Shown: one piece after another, positions 39,696 to 48,411 of the stretch
Position numbering within the stretch: position 1 is the first letter of the stretch
How the letters are laid out: each line of letters starts with the position of its first letter
DNA from: Nannocystales bacterium
GTDB lineage: Bacteria; Myxococcota_A; Polyangia; Nannocystales; Nannocystaceae
Length of the DNA stretch: 64,000 nucleotides
Direction: 5' to 3'
Assembly (NCBI GenBank): GCA_050633305.1
Contig: JBOEGF010000018.1
Coordinates: 1-64,000, forward strand
Made by a program: the position numbers and the translations under genes
The notes under the pieces: model-generated
What the model saw: the letters and a program-made list of their open reading frames with translations, nothing else
Told to the model about the DNA's origin: nothing
The model's database searches: none

Positions 39696-40196
39696 TCACC
39701 CCGTCGCGCCGAGTTGAACGGTGCTGTGCTGTTGCTCGGCGTACTGTTTGAGCTCGGCCAGAATGCCGCGAAACGACTTTGCCAGTCCGAACTTGAGCAT
39801 GGGGTACAAGAGGTACCCGTGGGGCTTGAGGTCCGGAACGACGACCCAGCGCAGTTCGGTTTCGGATGGCCCCAAGGCACGCAAGGACAGCTCGACCTGG
39901 TTTTTGTGCAGCGGTAGGGCCTTGGGCGCGTGCACCGGAACGACATCGAACTTCAGGACGTGGTTGGCCTTGTCGTAGTGCGTGATCGTCTCCCGGGCAG
40001 CGAAGCCGTCGGGGTCGTCGGTGAACGTGCAGTACCGTCCCGCCATCGGAGACTCGCCCACCGCATCGAGGTCGCGGAGCGCTTCGGAGGTCACAACGGA
40101 CTCGCTCCAACGTTGGATCCCGGTGAAATCGTCCGCGGCGATTGCCCAAACGTCGTCGATGGGGCAGCTGATGTGGGTCTTGAGTTCGATCTTCAT
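39696..40196 (-). CDS. SRPBCC/polyketide-cyclase-like protein
   Basis: IDDVWAI..DF..IQRW, GRYC, ETITHYD. Confidence 0.8.
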   Translation of the reverse strand: MKIELKTHISCPIDDVWAIAADDFTGIQRWSESVVTSEALRDLDAVGESPMAGRYCTFTDDPDGFAARETITHYDKANHVLKFDVVPVHAPKALPLHKNQVELSLRALGPSETELRWVVVPDLKPHGYLLYPMLKFGLAKSFRGILAELKQYAEQQHSTVQLGATG

Positions 40197-40345
40197 GGTG
40201 TTGCTCGTATCGGTTGCCGAAGCGTACGCAGAAACTGTGATTGTCTTTTGATTTCAGTGTTTTGGTAGCCGTCAGACCGACCCGCTGCACTGGACACCAT
40301 GAATGTAGTTCTCCCGTTTTCGGTCTTCAACGTACGATATTGGTG

Positions 40346-40359
40346 TTCAAAAATGCGAA
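40346..40359. promoter_or_regulatory. Candidate LysR binding site
   Basis: TTCaaaaatgcGAA dyad in the AT-rich divergent spacer. Confidence 0.4.
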
Positions 40360-40380
40360 ATGTGGAAAAGTTGCGCGCCG

Positions 40381-41325
40381 ATGAACTGGGACGATCTTCG
40401 CTACATCCTGGCGGTTTCGCGGGCCGCGACAGTTCTGGAAGCCGCGAGGTCGCTGCGGGTCAGTCCCACGACCATGGCGAGGAGGCTGAGGTCCCTCGAA
40501 GCGTCCCAGGGGACCGCGCTCTTCGAGAAGTTCAAACACGGCACCGTCCTGTCCGAAGCGGGTCATCGGGTTGTTGAGGTCGCGGCGGAAGTCGAGCGCA
40601 TGACCGCGCAACTCGATGCGGAGATTCACGGCCTGGACCGGAAGCTGGAAGGGTCGATCCGCGTCACGTCGGTCGACTTCTTGCTTCGGCACTGGGTCGA
40701 GGATTTCGGTGAGTTCCGAACCCTCTACCCGGGGGTCGACCTCGAGCTGACCTCGACCCTGTCGGTGGTCAACCTGACCCAGCGGGATGCCGACGTCGCA
40801 CTTCGGGTCGCGCGTACAGCACCCGAACACCTCCTGGGTGCCCGCCATGCCGAGTTCATGTACGCGGTCTACGGCGGGCAGGCGCTGACCGAGTCGCGGG
40901 AGCCGGACGCACCCTACTCAGCCTTCCCGTGGTTGTCCTGGGACCTCGCGTTCGCGCGCTCGACCGACGAATGGATCGAGAAGAACGCGGCCGGTGCCGA
41001 CATCTCGATGCGGTTCGGCCAGATGAGTGTGATGGTCGATGCGGTCGCTGCCGGTCTGGGGCTCACCATTCTTCCATGTCTCATCGGCGACGCCCATCCC
41101 GGGCTCAACCGCGTCGGGACGTACTTCGAAGGAGGGCTGCATCTGTGGGTGTTGACCCATCCGCAGCTCCGAGGCTCGGCCCGGATCAGCGCATTCACGC
41201 GCTTCGTCCGCGAGCGAATCCGGCGTGACCTCGACCTGATCGAAGGCCGTCGGCCCCGCTCCGCGAGCGGCATCGCATCACCCCGCACGTCGGCGGACGA
41301 GCTCGCGTCGTCGCAGGAGCGATGA
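40381..41325 (+). CDS. LysR-family regulator
   Basis: MNWDDLRY..AAR.L..T..RR..LE HTH, DVALR, LWVLTH. Confidence 0.92.
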   Translation: MNWDDLRYILAVSRAATVLEAARSLRVSPTTMARRLRSLEASQGTALFEKFKHGTVLSEAGHRVVEVAAEVERMTAQLDAEIHGLDRKLEGSIRVTSVDFLLRHWVEDFGEFRTLYPGVDLELTSTLSVVNLTQRDADVALRVARTAPEHLLGARHAEFMYAVYGGQALTESREPDAPYSAFPWLSWDLAFARSTDEWIEKNAAGADISMRFGQMSVMVDAVAAGLGLTILPCLIGDAHPGLNRVGTYFEGGLHLWVLTHPQLRGSARISAFTRFVRERIRRDLDLIEGRRPRSASGIASPRTSADELASSQER

Positions 41326-41345
41326 CCGGAGCTCCGCACCGCGTT

Positions 41346-41972
41346 TCAAAGGCACACTGAGGTGTCGAGTTGGCAGGCCTTGTCGCATGGAACAGGGTCG
41401 GTGGCGTCGCCCAGACCAAGGTCGGCACACGATGGAGACTCGAGTTCTGGTTCGCAGGTCTCTGTGTTCGCGATGACTCCGTCCCCGCACCCCCACTCGC
41501 ATCCGCTGAAATCGAATCTGCAGTTCGCCGGGTTGCAGCCGAGTACGCCGCCTGTGAAAACATGGTCGGGGTTCAGGATATCCTGCATTCCGACGCACAC
41601 CGCGAACCCAACACCTGCCGGCGTACAAGGCTCAAGTCCGCAGTCGCAGTCCTCGCCGCAGTTGATGAGCCCGTCCCCGCACGGGGAGTCGCAGGCCGAG
41701 CCATAGCTGCTACTTGAACCGCTCGATGTGCTGGCGGTCTTTGTTCCGCTTCCGGTGTCGTCGTCCGTACTCGCGGAGGTGCTTCCTCCGGGTTGCGACG
41801 TGCTGCCCTCGGTCGAGGGCAGTCGTGGGCTGGAGGTGCTGACGTTCGAGATGCCCGAACTCGAGGAGCCGGTTCCTCCAGCGCCACCGGAGGACTCGGC
41901 GCTGGGGCTCGAGCTGCCACATCCACCCACGGCGACAGCAAAGACCCAACCCAGCCGCGATGGCGTGCGCAT
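41346..41972 (-). CDS. Cys-rich lipoprotein (CGDG repeats)
   Basis: VGGC lipobox, Ser/Thr linker, two CGDG...C..D modules. Confidence 0.75.
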   Translation of the reverse strand: MRTPSRLGWVFAVAVGGCGSSSPSAESSGGAGGTGSSSSGISNVSTSSPRLPSTEGSTSQPGGSTSASTDDDTGSGTKTASTSSGSSSSYGSACDSPCGDGLINCGEDCDCGLEPCTPAGVGFAVCVGMQDILNPDHVFTGGVLGCNPANCRFDFSGCEWGCGDGVIANTETCEPELESPSCADLGLGDATDPVPCDKACQLDTSVCL

Positions 41973-42069
41973 GCCTGACTCTACCGGATTGGACCGGAGG
42001 TCGGAGAGGCCAGCCGTGCCCCGACGAGGCGCTGACCTCGTTCGGATGTGCTTGCGGCTTGCTGCTGTG

Positions 42070-42203
42070 GTGCTAAGGACCCTCGAACGAAAGCGATCGA
42101 ACATTGTAGTGCTCCCCACCGATAGTCCGTCGACCTTCTCCGCTTAGCGACCGGAGCAGAGCCGACGTGTCCGAGGACGGCGTTTGCCGCCCTCACGGTG
42201 AGT
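42070..42203 (+). repeat. Diverged direct repeat, left copy
   Basis: Aligns by eye to 49170-49302 at about 79% identity with one gap. Confidence 0.85.
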
Positions 42204-42254
42204 TTCTCGCGAGCCTGGCCTTCCGGATGGTCTCGCGAACACGGAGAGCAAACG

Positions 42255-42893
42255 ATGAAACGCTTCAAATACCCCCGTACGCGCCACCTGCCGTGGTCGC
42301 CCGGGGCCAGTAAAGATGACCTCATGGCGAAGGGCGTTGAGCCCTTCGTCGGGCAGCGCGTGATCGTGTCCGAGAAGATGGATGGTGAGAACACCACCTT
42401 GTATCGCGACCACGTTCACGCCCGCTCGGTCGACAGCCGCCACCACCCGTCACGGGATTGGGTCAAAGGCTTGCATGGCCGCGTCGCCTTTCAGATTCCC
42501 GAGGGGTGGCGGCTGTGCGGGGAGAACCTGTACGCGGTCCACTCGGTCGCGTACCGAGCGCTTCCGAGCTACTTCATGCTGTTTTCGGTCTGGGATGCGG
42601 CCAATCGCTGCCTTGGCTGGGATGAGACCACCGAGTGGGCCGAGCTGCTGGGCATCCGCACGGTGCCAGTCTTGTACGACGGCGTCTTCGACCCCGTTTG
42701 GTTTGAGGCCTTCTGCTGTGACACGGACGTGAGCGAGGGCTATGTCGTTCGGCTCGCCGACGGTTTCGAGTTCGCCGAGTTCGGCAAGAGCGTGGCCAAG
42801 TGGGTTCGCAGCGGCCACGTGCGAACGGACGAACACTGGATGCACAAGCCTGTGGTTCCCAACGAACTGGCCGAGGTGGAGGGAGAGTCGTGA
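42255..42893 (+). CDS. ATP-dependent RNA ligase family protein (Rnl2-like adenylyltransferase domain)
   Basis: KYPRTRHLPWSPG, EKMDGEN, GEN, EGYVVR, KWVR. Confidence 0.88.
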   Translation: MKRFKYPRTRHLPWSPGASKDDLMAKGVEPFVGQRVIVSEKMDGENTTLYRDHVHARSVDSRHHPSRDWVKGLHGRVAFQIPEGWRLCGENLYAVHSVAYRALPSYFMLFSVWDAANRCLGWDETTEWAELLGIRTVPVLYDGVFDPVWFEAFCCDTDVSEGYVVRLADGFEFAEFGKSVAKWVRSGHVRTDEHWMHKPVVPNELAEVEGES

Positions 42894-44221
42894 AGAGGCT
42901 GGTCGAGAGCATCGAGGCAGGGGTACAGCCCTCGATCGCGGAATTCGTCGCGGGGCTCGGGGACGTCATTCCTGCGATGCGTCAGCTCGAGAGCACGCCG
43001 CAAGACCCCGGCTGGCACGCGGAAGGGAACGTCTTCATTCACACGGGGATGGTGTTGGACGCTCTGTACGAGCTGCTCGCGACACGGGCGGCATCGGTTG
43101 TCGGCCCACGACGCACCGCGCTGATCTTGGCTGCGGCGCTTCATGATGTCGCAAAGCCGTTGACCACCCGCCCGATGGAGATCCGCGGCGTTCAGCGGAC
43201 CGCGGCTCCGCGCCACGAGATGCGCGGTCGGTCGATGTTGTCCCTGTTGCTGATGGAGCAGGGGCTGGACTACCGGTTGATCGAGGGCGTCGCTGACCTC
43301 GTCGGCTACCACGTCGCGCCCAAGTTTCTGGTCGTCAAGGGGCGGGAGCGGGGAGCGTACTTGCGTTTGGCCCAGGCCGCGGACCCCGAGCTGCTGTACT
43401 GGCTCGAGCTGGCGGACATGATCGGGCGGACTTGTGTCGATCAGCGGAAGCAGATCGAGCACATCGAGATGTTCGGCCTCTTTGCCCAAGAGTACGGCGC
43501 CTGGCGGCGGTTCGCCGATGAGGCTCCTGCGTGGCGGGCGATGTTTCGCGATGGGGTCGAAGGAACTCCCGCGATGCAGGATCTCAGTCATGGGCAGTTC
43601 ATCCACGACCTGTGTGCGGGAACGGTATCGCAACCGGAGGAAGGCATCGCCCGCAGCTACCGATTTCGCCAGGGGTTTCCCGAACTGGTGATCACGGTCG
43701 GGCCCAGCGGGTCGGGGAAGTCCACTTGGGTCAAGCGGCATCTCGAAGACCACGTCTGCATCAGCCTCGATGACATCCGAAGCGAGCTCGGTGGGCGTGG
43801 CGATCAGTCTCGCAACGGTGAGGTCCGCCGCCTCGCGCGAGAGCGACTGCGCGAAGGGTTGAGGCAGAATCGAAAGACCGTCTGGGACGCCACCAGTCTA
43901 CGGCGAGACTTCCGGGACTCGCTGACGAAGCTGGCCTTCGATTACGGAGCGCTGGTCACCCTCGTTTGCTTTCCGCGGGCCCCACGGACCTACCATCGTC
44001 GAAACCGTGAGCGAGACAACCCGGTCCCTGCGAGCGTGCTCGACGGGCAGATCGAAGTCCTTCAGTGGCCCTCGCGTCTCGAAGGCCATCGTTGGCTCGT
44101 GGTGGACGAAGACGGAGCTGCGTTAGCCTACTACGGCGGGTTGGGCGAGGAGCTGCCGTACGGTGCTGCCTCGGCGCGTGACGTACTGCGAGAGTGGGAT
44201 GGCGAGGCGGTGGTGCGATGA
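42890..44221 (+). CDS. HD phosphohydrolase fused to P-loop (AAA_33/PNK-like) kinase
   Basis: QDPGWHAEGNVFIHT, LHDVAK, GPSGSGKST, ISLDDIR, WDATSL, RNRER..PVP. Confidence 0.88.
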   Translation: MKRLVESIEAGVQPSIAEFVAGLGDVIPAMRQLESTPQDPGWHAEGNVFIHTGMVLDALYELLATRAASVVGPRRTALILAAALHDVAKPLTTRPMEIRGVQRTAAPRHEMRGRSMLSLLLMEQGLDYRLIEGVADLVGYHVAPKFLVVKGRERGAYLRLAQAADPELLYWLELADMIGRTCVDQRKQIEHIEMFGLFAQEYGAWRRFADEAPAWRAMFRDGVEGTPAMQDLSHGQFIHDLCAGTVSQPEEGIARSYRFRQGFPELVITVGPSGSGKSTWVKRHLEDHVCISLDDIRSELGGRGDQSRNGEVRRLARERLREGLRQNRKTVWDATSLRRDFRDSLTKLAFDYGALVTLVCFPRAPRTYHRRNRERDNPVPASVLDGQIEVLQWPSRLEGHRWLVVDEDGAALAYYGGLGEELPYGAASARDVLREWDGEAVVR

Positions 44222-44988
44222 TCGTGTTGCCTCAATACCCGCGGACCCTGCATCTGGGGGACTCCGGTGGCCAGCAGTCCAAACACCATTGCCCCTTCGG
44301 CGAGGTCGAAGGCCTTCATGTCGCGATCGAGGAGAAAGTTGACGGGAGTCATTGCGGGCTTGCGTTCGATGTCGAGGCCGAACTTCGGGTGTTTTCTCGC
44401 AACACGGTGCTCGAGCGCTCGCCCGCGCAGCGAGATTTTCGCCCCCTCGCTCGGCTTGCTCGTGAGCAGGTGGATGGACTCTGGGACGTGCTGAGCGACC
44501 GGTACGTGTTGTACGGGGAGTGGACCTGGGCCACCCATTCGATCTTCTACGACGCACTGCCGACGTTCTTCCTCGAGGATGACGTGTTCGATCGAAAGGC
44601 GGGTCGGTTTCTGTCGACGCTCGGCCGGCGGACCCTGGTTTCGAAGCTTCCGGTCGGGTTCGACTGTTCGGTGGCGCTGCTGCACGAGGGGACGGTCTCG
44701 GGTCTTGATGCGTTGCGCTCGATGGTGGGCCCTTCGCACTACAAGTCTCCGCGGTGGCGCGAACGGTGCCCGGCTGTTGCGTCGGTCGAGGACACCGACC
44801 TCATGGAGGGGCTGTACATCAAGGTCGAGAGTGAGGCGTTCGTCGAGCGGAGGCTGAAGTGGATCCGGCCAACGTTCCTGGGACACATTGCGAGTGCACC
44901 AGGGCACTGGCGCGATCGCCCGACGATGAAAAACCTCCTGGCGGAGAGGGCCGCAGTTGCCGCGACGGACACCGGAGCCGACCGATGA
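44218..44988 (+). CDS. Second RNA ligase family protein
   Basis: YPRTLHL, EEKVDG, LYGEW...H..FY..LP, MEGLYIKVE, RLKWIR. Confidence 0.85.
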   Translation: MIVLPQYPRTLHLGDSGGQQSKHHCPFGEVEGLHVAIEEKVDGSHCGLAFDVEAELRVFSRNTVLERSPAQRDFRPLARLAREQVDGLWDVLSDRYVLYGEWTWATHSIFYDALPTFFLEDDVFDRKAGRFLSTLGRRTLVSKLPVGFDCSVALLHEGTVSGLDALRSMVGPSHYKSPRWRERCPAVASVEDTDLMEGLYIKVESEAFVERRLKWIRPTFLGHIASAPGHWRDRPTMKNLLAERAAVAATDTGADR

Positions 44989-44992
44989 CATC

Positions 44993-45006
44993 GCCCCGAA
45001 AGGGGC
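44993..45006. other. GAAA-tetraloop hairpin between the ligase operon and the T6SS cassette
   Basis: gcccc-gaaa-ggggc with no U-tract. Confidence 0.4.
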
Positions 45007-45036
45007 AGGACGGCCTGCGGCCCGTATAGTTGTGGA

Positions 45037-46017
45037 GTGTGGGCACTGAAGAACCGCTCGCCGCATGGCGTCGGGCGGAACTGGGTCCGGGACGAGCATG
45101 GAGTGCATCACTGGCTCGTCGCTCTCAAGGCGACGTTTGAGATTGGCGCGGGCGGCACGCTGACGCTGGCAGACGAGCAACCCGAGCCCGCACTGGAGCC
45201 TGAGTACCGGGGGGAGCCGGGGAAGAGCAGCCTGGTGCAGGACGGCGAACTCAACGGCATGAAACCGACCACGGAGGTGCTGGTGCGCGGCATGGCGCAC
45301 GCTCCTGGGGGAAGAGCTGCGGAGTCGGTCCGGGTTTCGGTCCGTTGCGGCCCGGTCCAGAAGTCCATCATGGCGTATGGGCCTCGGGTGTACTTCGAGG
45401 GCGTCACAGGGGTCCGCACCACGGAACCGGCGCCGTTCGTCACCACTCCCGTCATGTATGAGCACGCGTTCGGGGGGTGGAACGATGATGACGACGACCC
45501 CGCCAAGCAACGGCTCGACGAGCGAAATCCGGTGGGTCGAGGTTTCGGCCGGTCGGCGAAAGACCTCGCCAACACATCGGCGCACACGCTGGAGAGTGAG
45601 GGGGACGGACCGGCGGGGTTCGGTCCGATCGACCCGAGCTGGCTTCCACGGCGCGGTTTCGCAGGAACCTACGACGCCGCGTGGGTGGAGAAGAAGAAGC
45701 CGCTTCTGCCCGACGACTTCGACCCTCGCTTCCACATGAGCGCGCCGTTGGACCAGCATGCGCCGACGTATCTGCGCGGGGGGGAGCCGGTCGGTGTGCT
45801 CAACATGACGCCCGAGGGACGGGTTGCGTTTCCGCTCCCGACGCTCGACGTTCGGATGACGTCGGTGTTCGGGCGGCGCAGGGTGAACCACGCAGGGGAA
45901 CTCACCACGGTGAGTCTGGACCTCGAGGCTCGCACCCTGCAGCTGTTGTTTCAAAGCAGCACGAAAGTCGCGGCGGCAGATGTCGATCGACTCGACTTCA
46001 CCGAGGTGATCGCATGA
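45037..46017 (+). CDS. DUF2169 T6SS effector adaptor
   Basis: VALKATF, KPTTEVLV, YEHAFGG, NPVGRG, GFGPI..W.PR..AGTYD..W, APLDQ, GGEPV. Confidence 0.92.
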   Translation: MWALKNRSPHGVGRNWVRDEHGVHHWLVALKATFEIGAGGTLTLADEQPEPALEPEYRGEPGKSSLVQDGELNGMKPTTEVLVRGMAHAPGGRAAESVRVSVRCGPVQKSIMAYGPRVYFEGVTGVRTTEPAPFVTTPVMYEHAFGGWNDDDDDPAKQRLDERNPVGRGFGRSAKDLANTSAHTLESEGDGPAGFGPIDPSWLPRRGFAGTYDAAWVEKKKPLLPDDFDPRFHMSAPLDQHAPTYLRGGEPVGVLNMTPEGRVAFPLPTLDVRMTSVFGRRRVNHAGELTTVSLDLEARTLQLLFQSSTKVAAADVDRLDFTEVIA

Positions 46018-47042
46018 GCGTACTCGACGTCGTGGCGATGGGCGCCCGAACACCTGTTGGGTTGCGGGTCGACGCAACCGCGGCGGCGATTCGGTCTGGC
46101 CTTTCGGGCATCGCCGAACTCGCGTTTGTCGACGGCAAAGGGAGCCCCATCTGCGGCGCGGCCGACCGCCGTCTCGAACCCGCGGTCCGGGGCCACTCGC
46201 GCATGGCGGAACTCCAAGCATCGGCGCTGGAGGAGGCGCTGGGGAGCCTCGAGCTTACGGACGTGCCGTGTCGGCTGTGGTCGGTCTTACCCGAGACACG
46301 CCCGGGGTTTGGCGACGAGGACGCTCGGCGCCTCGTTGCCGCGGCGGCGTCTCGCCTCGTGAAGAGCGGGGCACGCGTCGAGACGCGCACGTGTGGCCGC
46401 GGTCATGCGGGCGCTGCTCAGGCGCTGGTACGCGCGAGCGCCGAGGAGAGCGAAGCGGTCCATGTCGTCGTCGGGGTCGACAGCTACCTGCACCCGCACA
46501 CCTACGTCTGGCTCGAACAGCAGGGGCTTCTCGCGCAAGAGGGCGCGCGCAACGGGGTCGTGCCGGGAGAGGCGGCCTGTTGTTTGGTCTTGGCATCGGC
46601 CGCCTTGCAGTCGCAGCTTCGTGTCCAGCCCCTCGCGCGGGTCGCCGGGGCCGGGCATGCGCGAGAAGAGCGGTTGCGGGACAGCGAATCCGGTTCACTG
46701 GGCGTCGGACTCACGCGCGCTGTGCTCGATGCGGGGGCGGGTCTCGCATTTCCGGACCAGGCTGCAGACGCCGTCTTCGCCGACCTCAACGGTGACCGTT
46801 ACCGAAGCGAGGAGTGGGCGTTCTTGGCTTTGCGGGCGCCGGTCGCCATGCGTTCCTTGCAGTACCGCTCGCCCGTCGGAAGCGTGGGCGACGTCGGGGC
46901 GGCGTTCATGCCCCTGTCGATCGCCTTGGCGGCCGAATCGTTTGCGCGCGGGTACGCCCCTGGGCCCCGCGCGTTGGTGACTGCGGGGTCCCACGGCGGA
47001 CTTCGGGGGGCTGTGTTTCTCGCGACAAAAGAGGCTGCATGA
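46014..47042 (+). CDS. Ketoacyl-synthase-like T6SS accessory protein (PRK06147-like)
   Basis: GARTPVG, GVDS, PGEAA, DLNGDRYRSEEW, GDVGAA. Sits between DUF2169 and DUF4150. Confidence 0.88.
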   Translation: MSVLDVVAMGARTPVGLRVDATAAAIRSGLSGIAELAFVDGKGSPICGAADRRLEPAVRGHSRMAELQASALEEALGSLELTDVPCRLWSVLPETRPGFGDEDARRLVAAAASRLVKSGARVETRTCGRGHAGAAQALVRASAEESEAVHVVVGVDSYLHPHTYVWLEQQGLLAQEGARNGVVPGEAACCLVLASAALQSQLRVQPLARVAGAGHAREERLRDSESGSLGVGLTRAVLDAGAGLAFPDQAADAVFADLNGDRYRSEEWAFLALRAPVAMRSLQYRSPVGSVGDVGAAFMPLSIALAAESFARGYAPGPRALVTAGSHGGLRGAVFLATKEAA

Positions 47043-48394
47043 GTGTCATCGTCAATGGACCGAAGACCCCCGTCACCGCAGGAAGCACTGGGATCGCGAT
47101 GGCGACGGTTCCCAACATTTGCAAGATGCCCGGGCCCCCAGCGCCGTTCGTGCCGACGCCGTTGCCCAACATCGGGAAGAGCGACAGTTCGCCGAAGAAG
47201 TACACCAAGAAGGTGAAGTTGGAGAGCAAGGCGGCCGCCATCGCGGGCGCGACGTTCACCTCCACCGGAGACGTGGCTTCGAAGGGGACCGGGGGAGGGC
47301 TCGTCTCTTCGAACACCCACGGGCCGACGAGTTTTGTCGGGCCGGGCTCCTTCGACGTGAAGTTCGAGGGCAAGAACGTACAGTTGCTCGGCGACCCGAT
47401 GCTCAACAACTGCGGCGGCAGCGGAAACCCACCCAACTCGGCGACGCTGGCGGGCGTGCTTCAGAAGCCGGGCCTCATTGCGGTGCTCGGCGACGAACCC
47501 TGCCCTGCGTGCGGGGAGACCCACGGAGACGACACCAAGCTCGAGGAGAGCGAGGATACGCAAGGGCTCTGCGACGAGCTCTTTGCGGCCGCAGACAAGG
47601 GGGTGAAGGAGGCCCAGAAAACGGCCGACGCGCAGCATAAGGCCGACTACGACGCCATGAAGCAGGCGTTTAAGGACCTCCAAGCCGCGATTGACGATGA
47701 ACTCGAGAGAGACGATCTCAGCAAGAACGCGCGCAGGAAGCTGGAGAAACAGAAGAAAAAGAAGGAGCCCAAGGAACCGCCGAAACGGAAGGTCGGGTAC
47801 ACCGCGATGGCGGGGGTCGTGAAGTGCAAACACGGCGAGGTGTTTGCGGGATTCTCTGGAACGCAGCGATGGGAGGTGTACGACGCGCTCCCCGGGGGCT
47901 GGCACAGCCCCAAGGCCTACGAGACCGATCGGCTCGTCGACAAGGTTGCGGCCAAGAACCTCTCCAAGGAGCGGGTGGGTGCGCACGTCAAGGCGAACCT
48001 GGATACGCTGTGGGACATCTGCGAGCGGGGGAACGCGGCTTTCCGTGCGGCTGGGGGAGCTGGATTTGCGTGGTACCCACCCGGTATGTGCGCCGCACAG
48101 CAGATGGTGGTGTTGGCGATGGACCATCAGTGTCGCCCGATCGGGCTGACTGAGCGCTGGTACAAGAACGGCGATCCCAACGCCGTGCCCGCCGGAGACC
48201 TATGGGTGCGGGACATGACGCCTTCGGGGCCAAGCGCGAAGCGAAAAATCGAGCCGTCGGAGATGGGCAAGAAGAAGGCGGTGCCGCCCTGCGAGACATG
48301 TCAGGTCATGCTTGCCGCCTTGCTCTGCACCCAAGACGGATTCACCGAGTGTGAATACAAGGCACCCAAGGCGGGAGTCTGCAAATGCACGTAG
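47039..48394 (+). CDS. DUF4150 (PAAR-like) T6SS effector with deaminase-fold-like C-terminal domain
   Basis: PNICKMP..P.P.PN, STGD, GSFDVKFEGKNV..LGD..NN. C-terminal MAGVV..AGFSG..PPGMCAA..LTERWY..PPCETC. Confidence 0.88.
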   Translation: MSVIVNGPKTPVTAGSTGIAMATVPNICKMPGPPAPFVPTPLPNIGKSDSSPKKYTKKVKLESKAAAIAGATFTSTGDVASKGTGGGLVSSNTHGPTSFVGPGSFDVKFEGKNVQLLGDPMLNNCGGSGNPPNSATLAGVLQKPGLIAVLGDEPCPACGETHGDDTKLEESEDTQGLCDELFAAADKGVKEAQKTADAQHKADYDAMKQAFKDLQAAIDDELERDDLSKNARRKLEKQKKKKEPKEPPKRKVGYTAMAGVVKCKHGEVFAGFSGTQRWEVYDALPGGWHSPKAYETDRLVDKVAAKNLSKERVGAHVKANLDTLWDICERGNAAFRAAGGAGFAWYPPGMCAAQQMVVLAMDHQCRPIGLTERWYKNGDPNAVPAGDLWVRDMTPSGPSAKRKIEPSEMGKKKAVPPCETCQVMLAALLCTQDGFTECEYKAPKAGVCKCT

Positions 48395-48411
48395 TCGGCA
48401 GCGGTACCGCG

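Noticed and set aside
44131..46221. 696-aa minus-strand ORF over ligase 2 and DUF2169
   Set aside because: It has no motifs and is antisense to well-supported genes, which is common in high-GC DNA.
46014..47042. Ketoacyl synthase suggesting a PKS or fatty-acid cluster
   Set aside because: Its position between DUF2169 and DUF4150 identifies it as the T6SS accessory type, and no ACP/AT genes are nearby.
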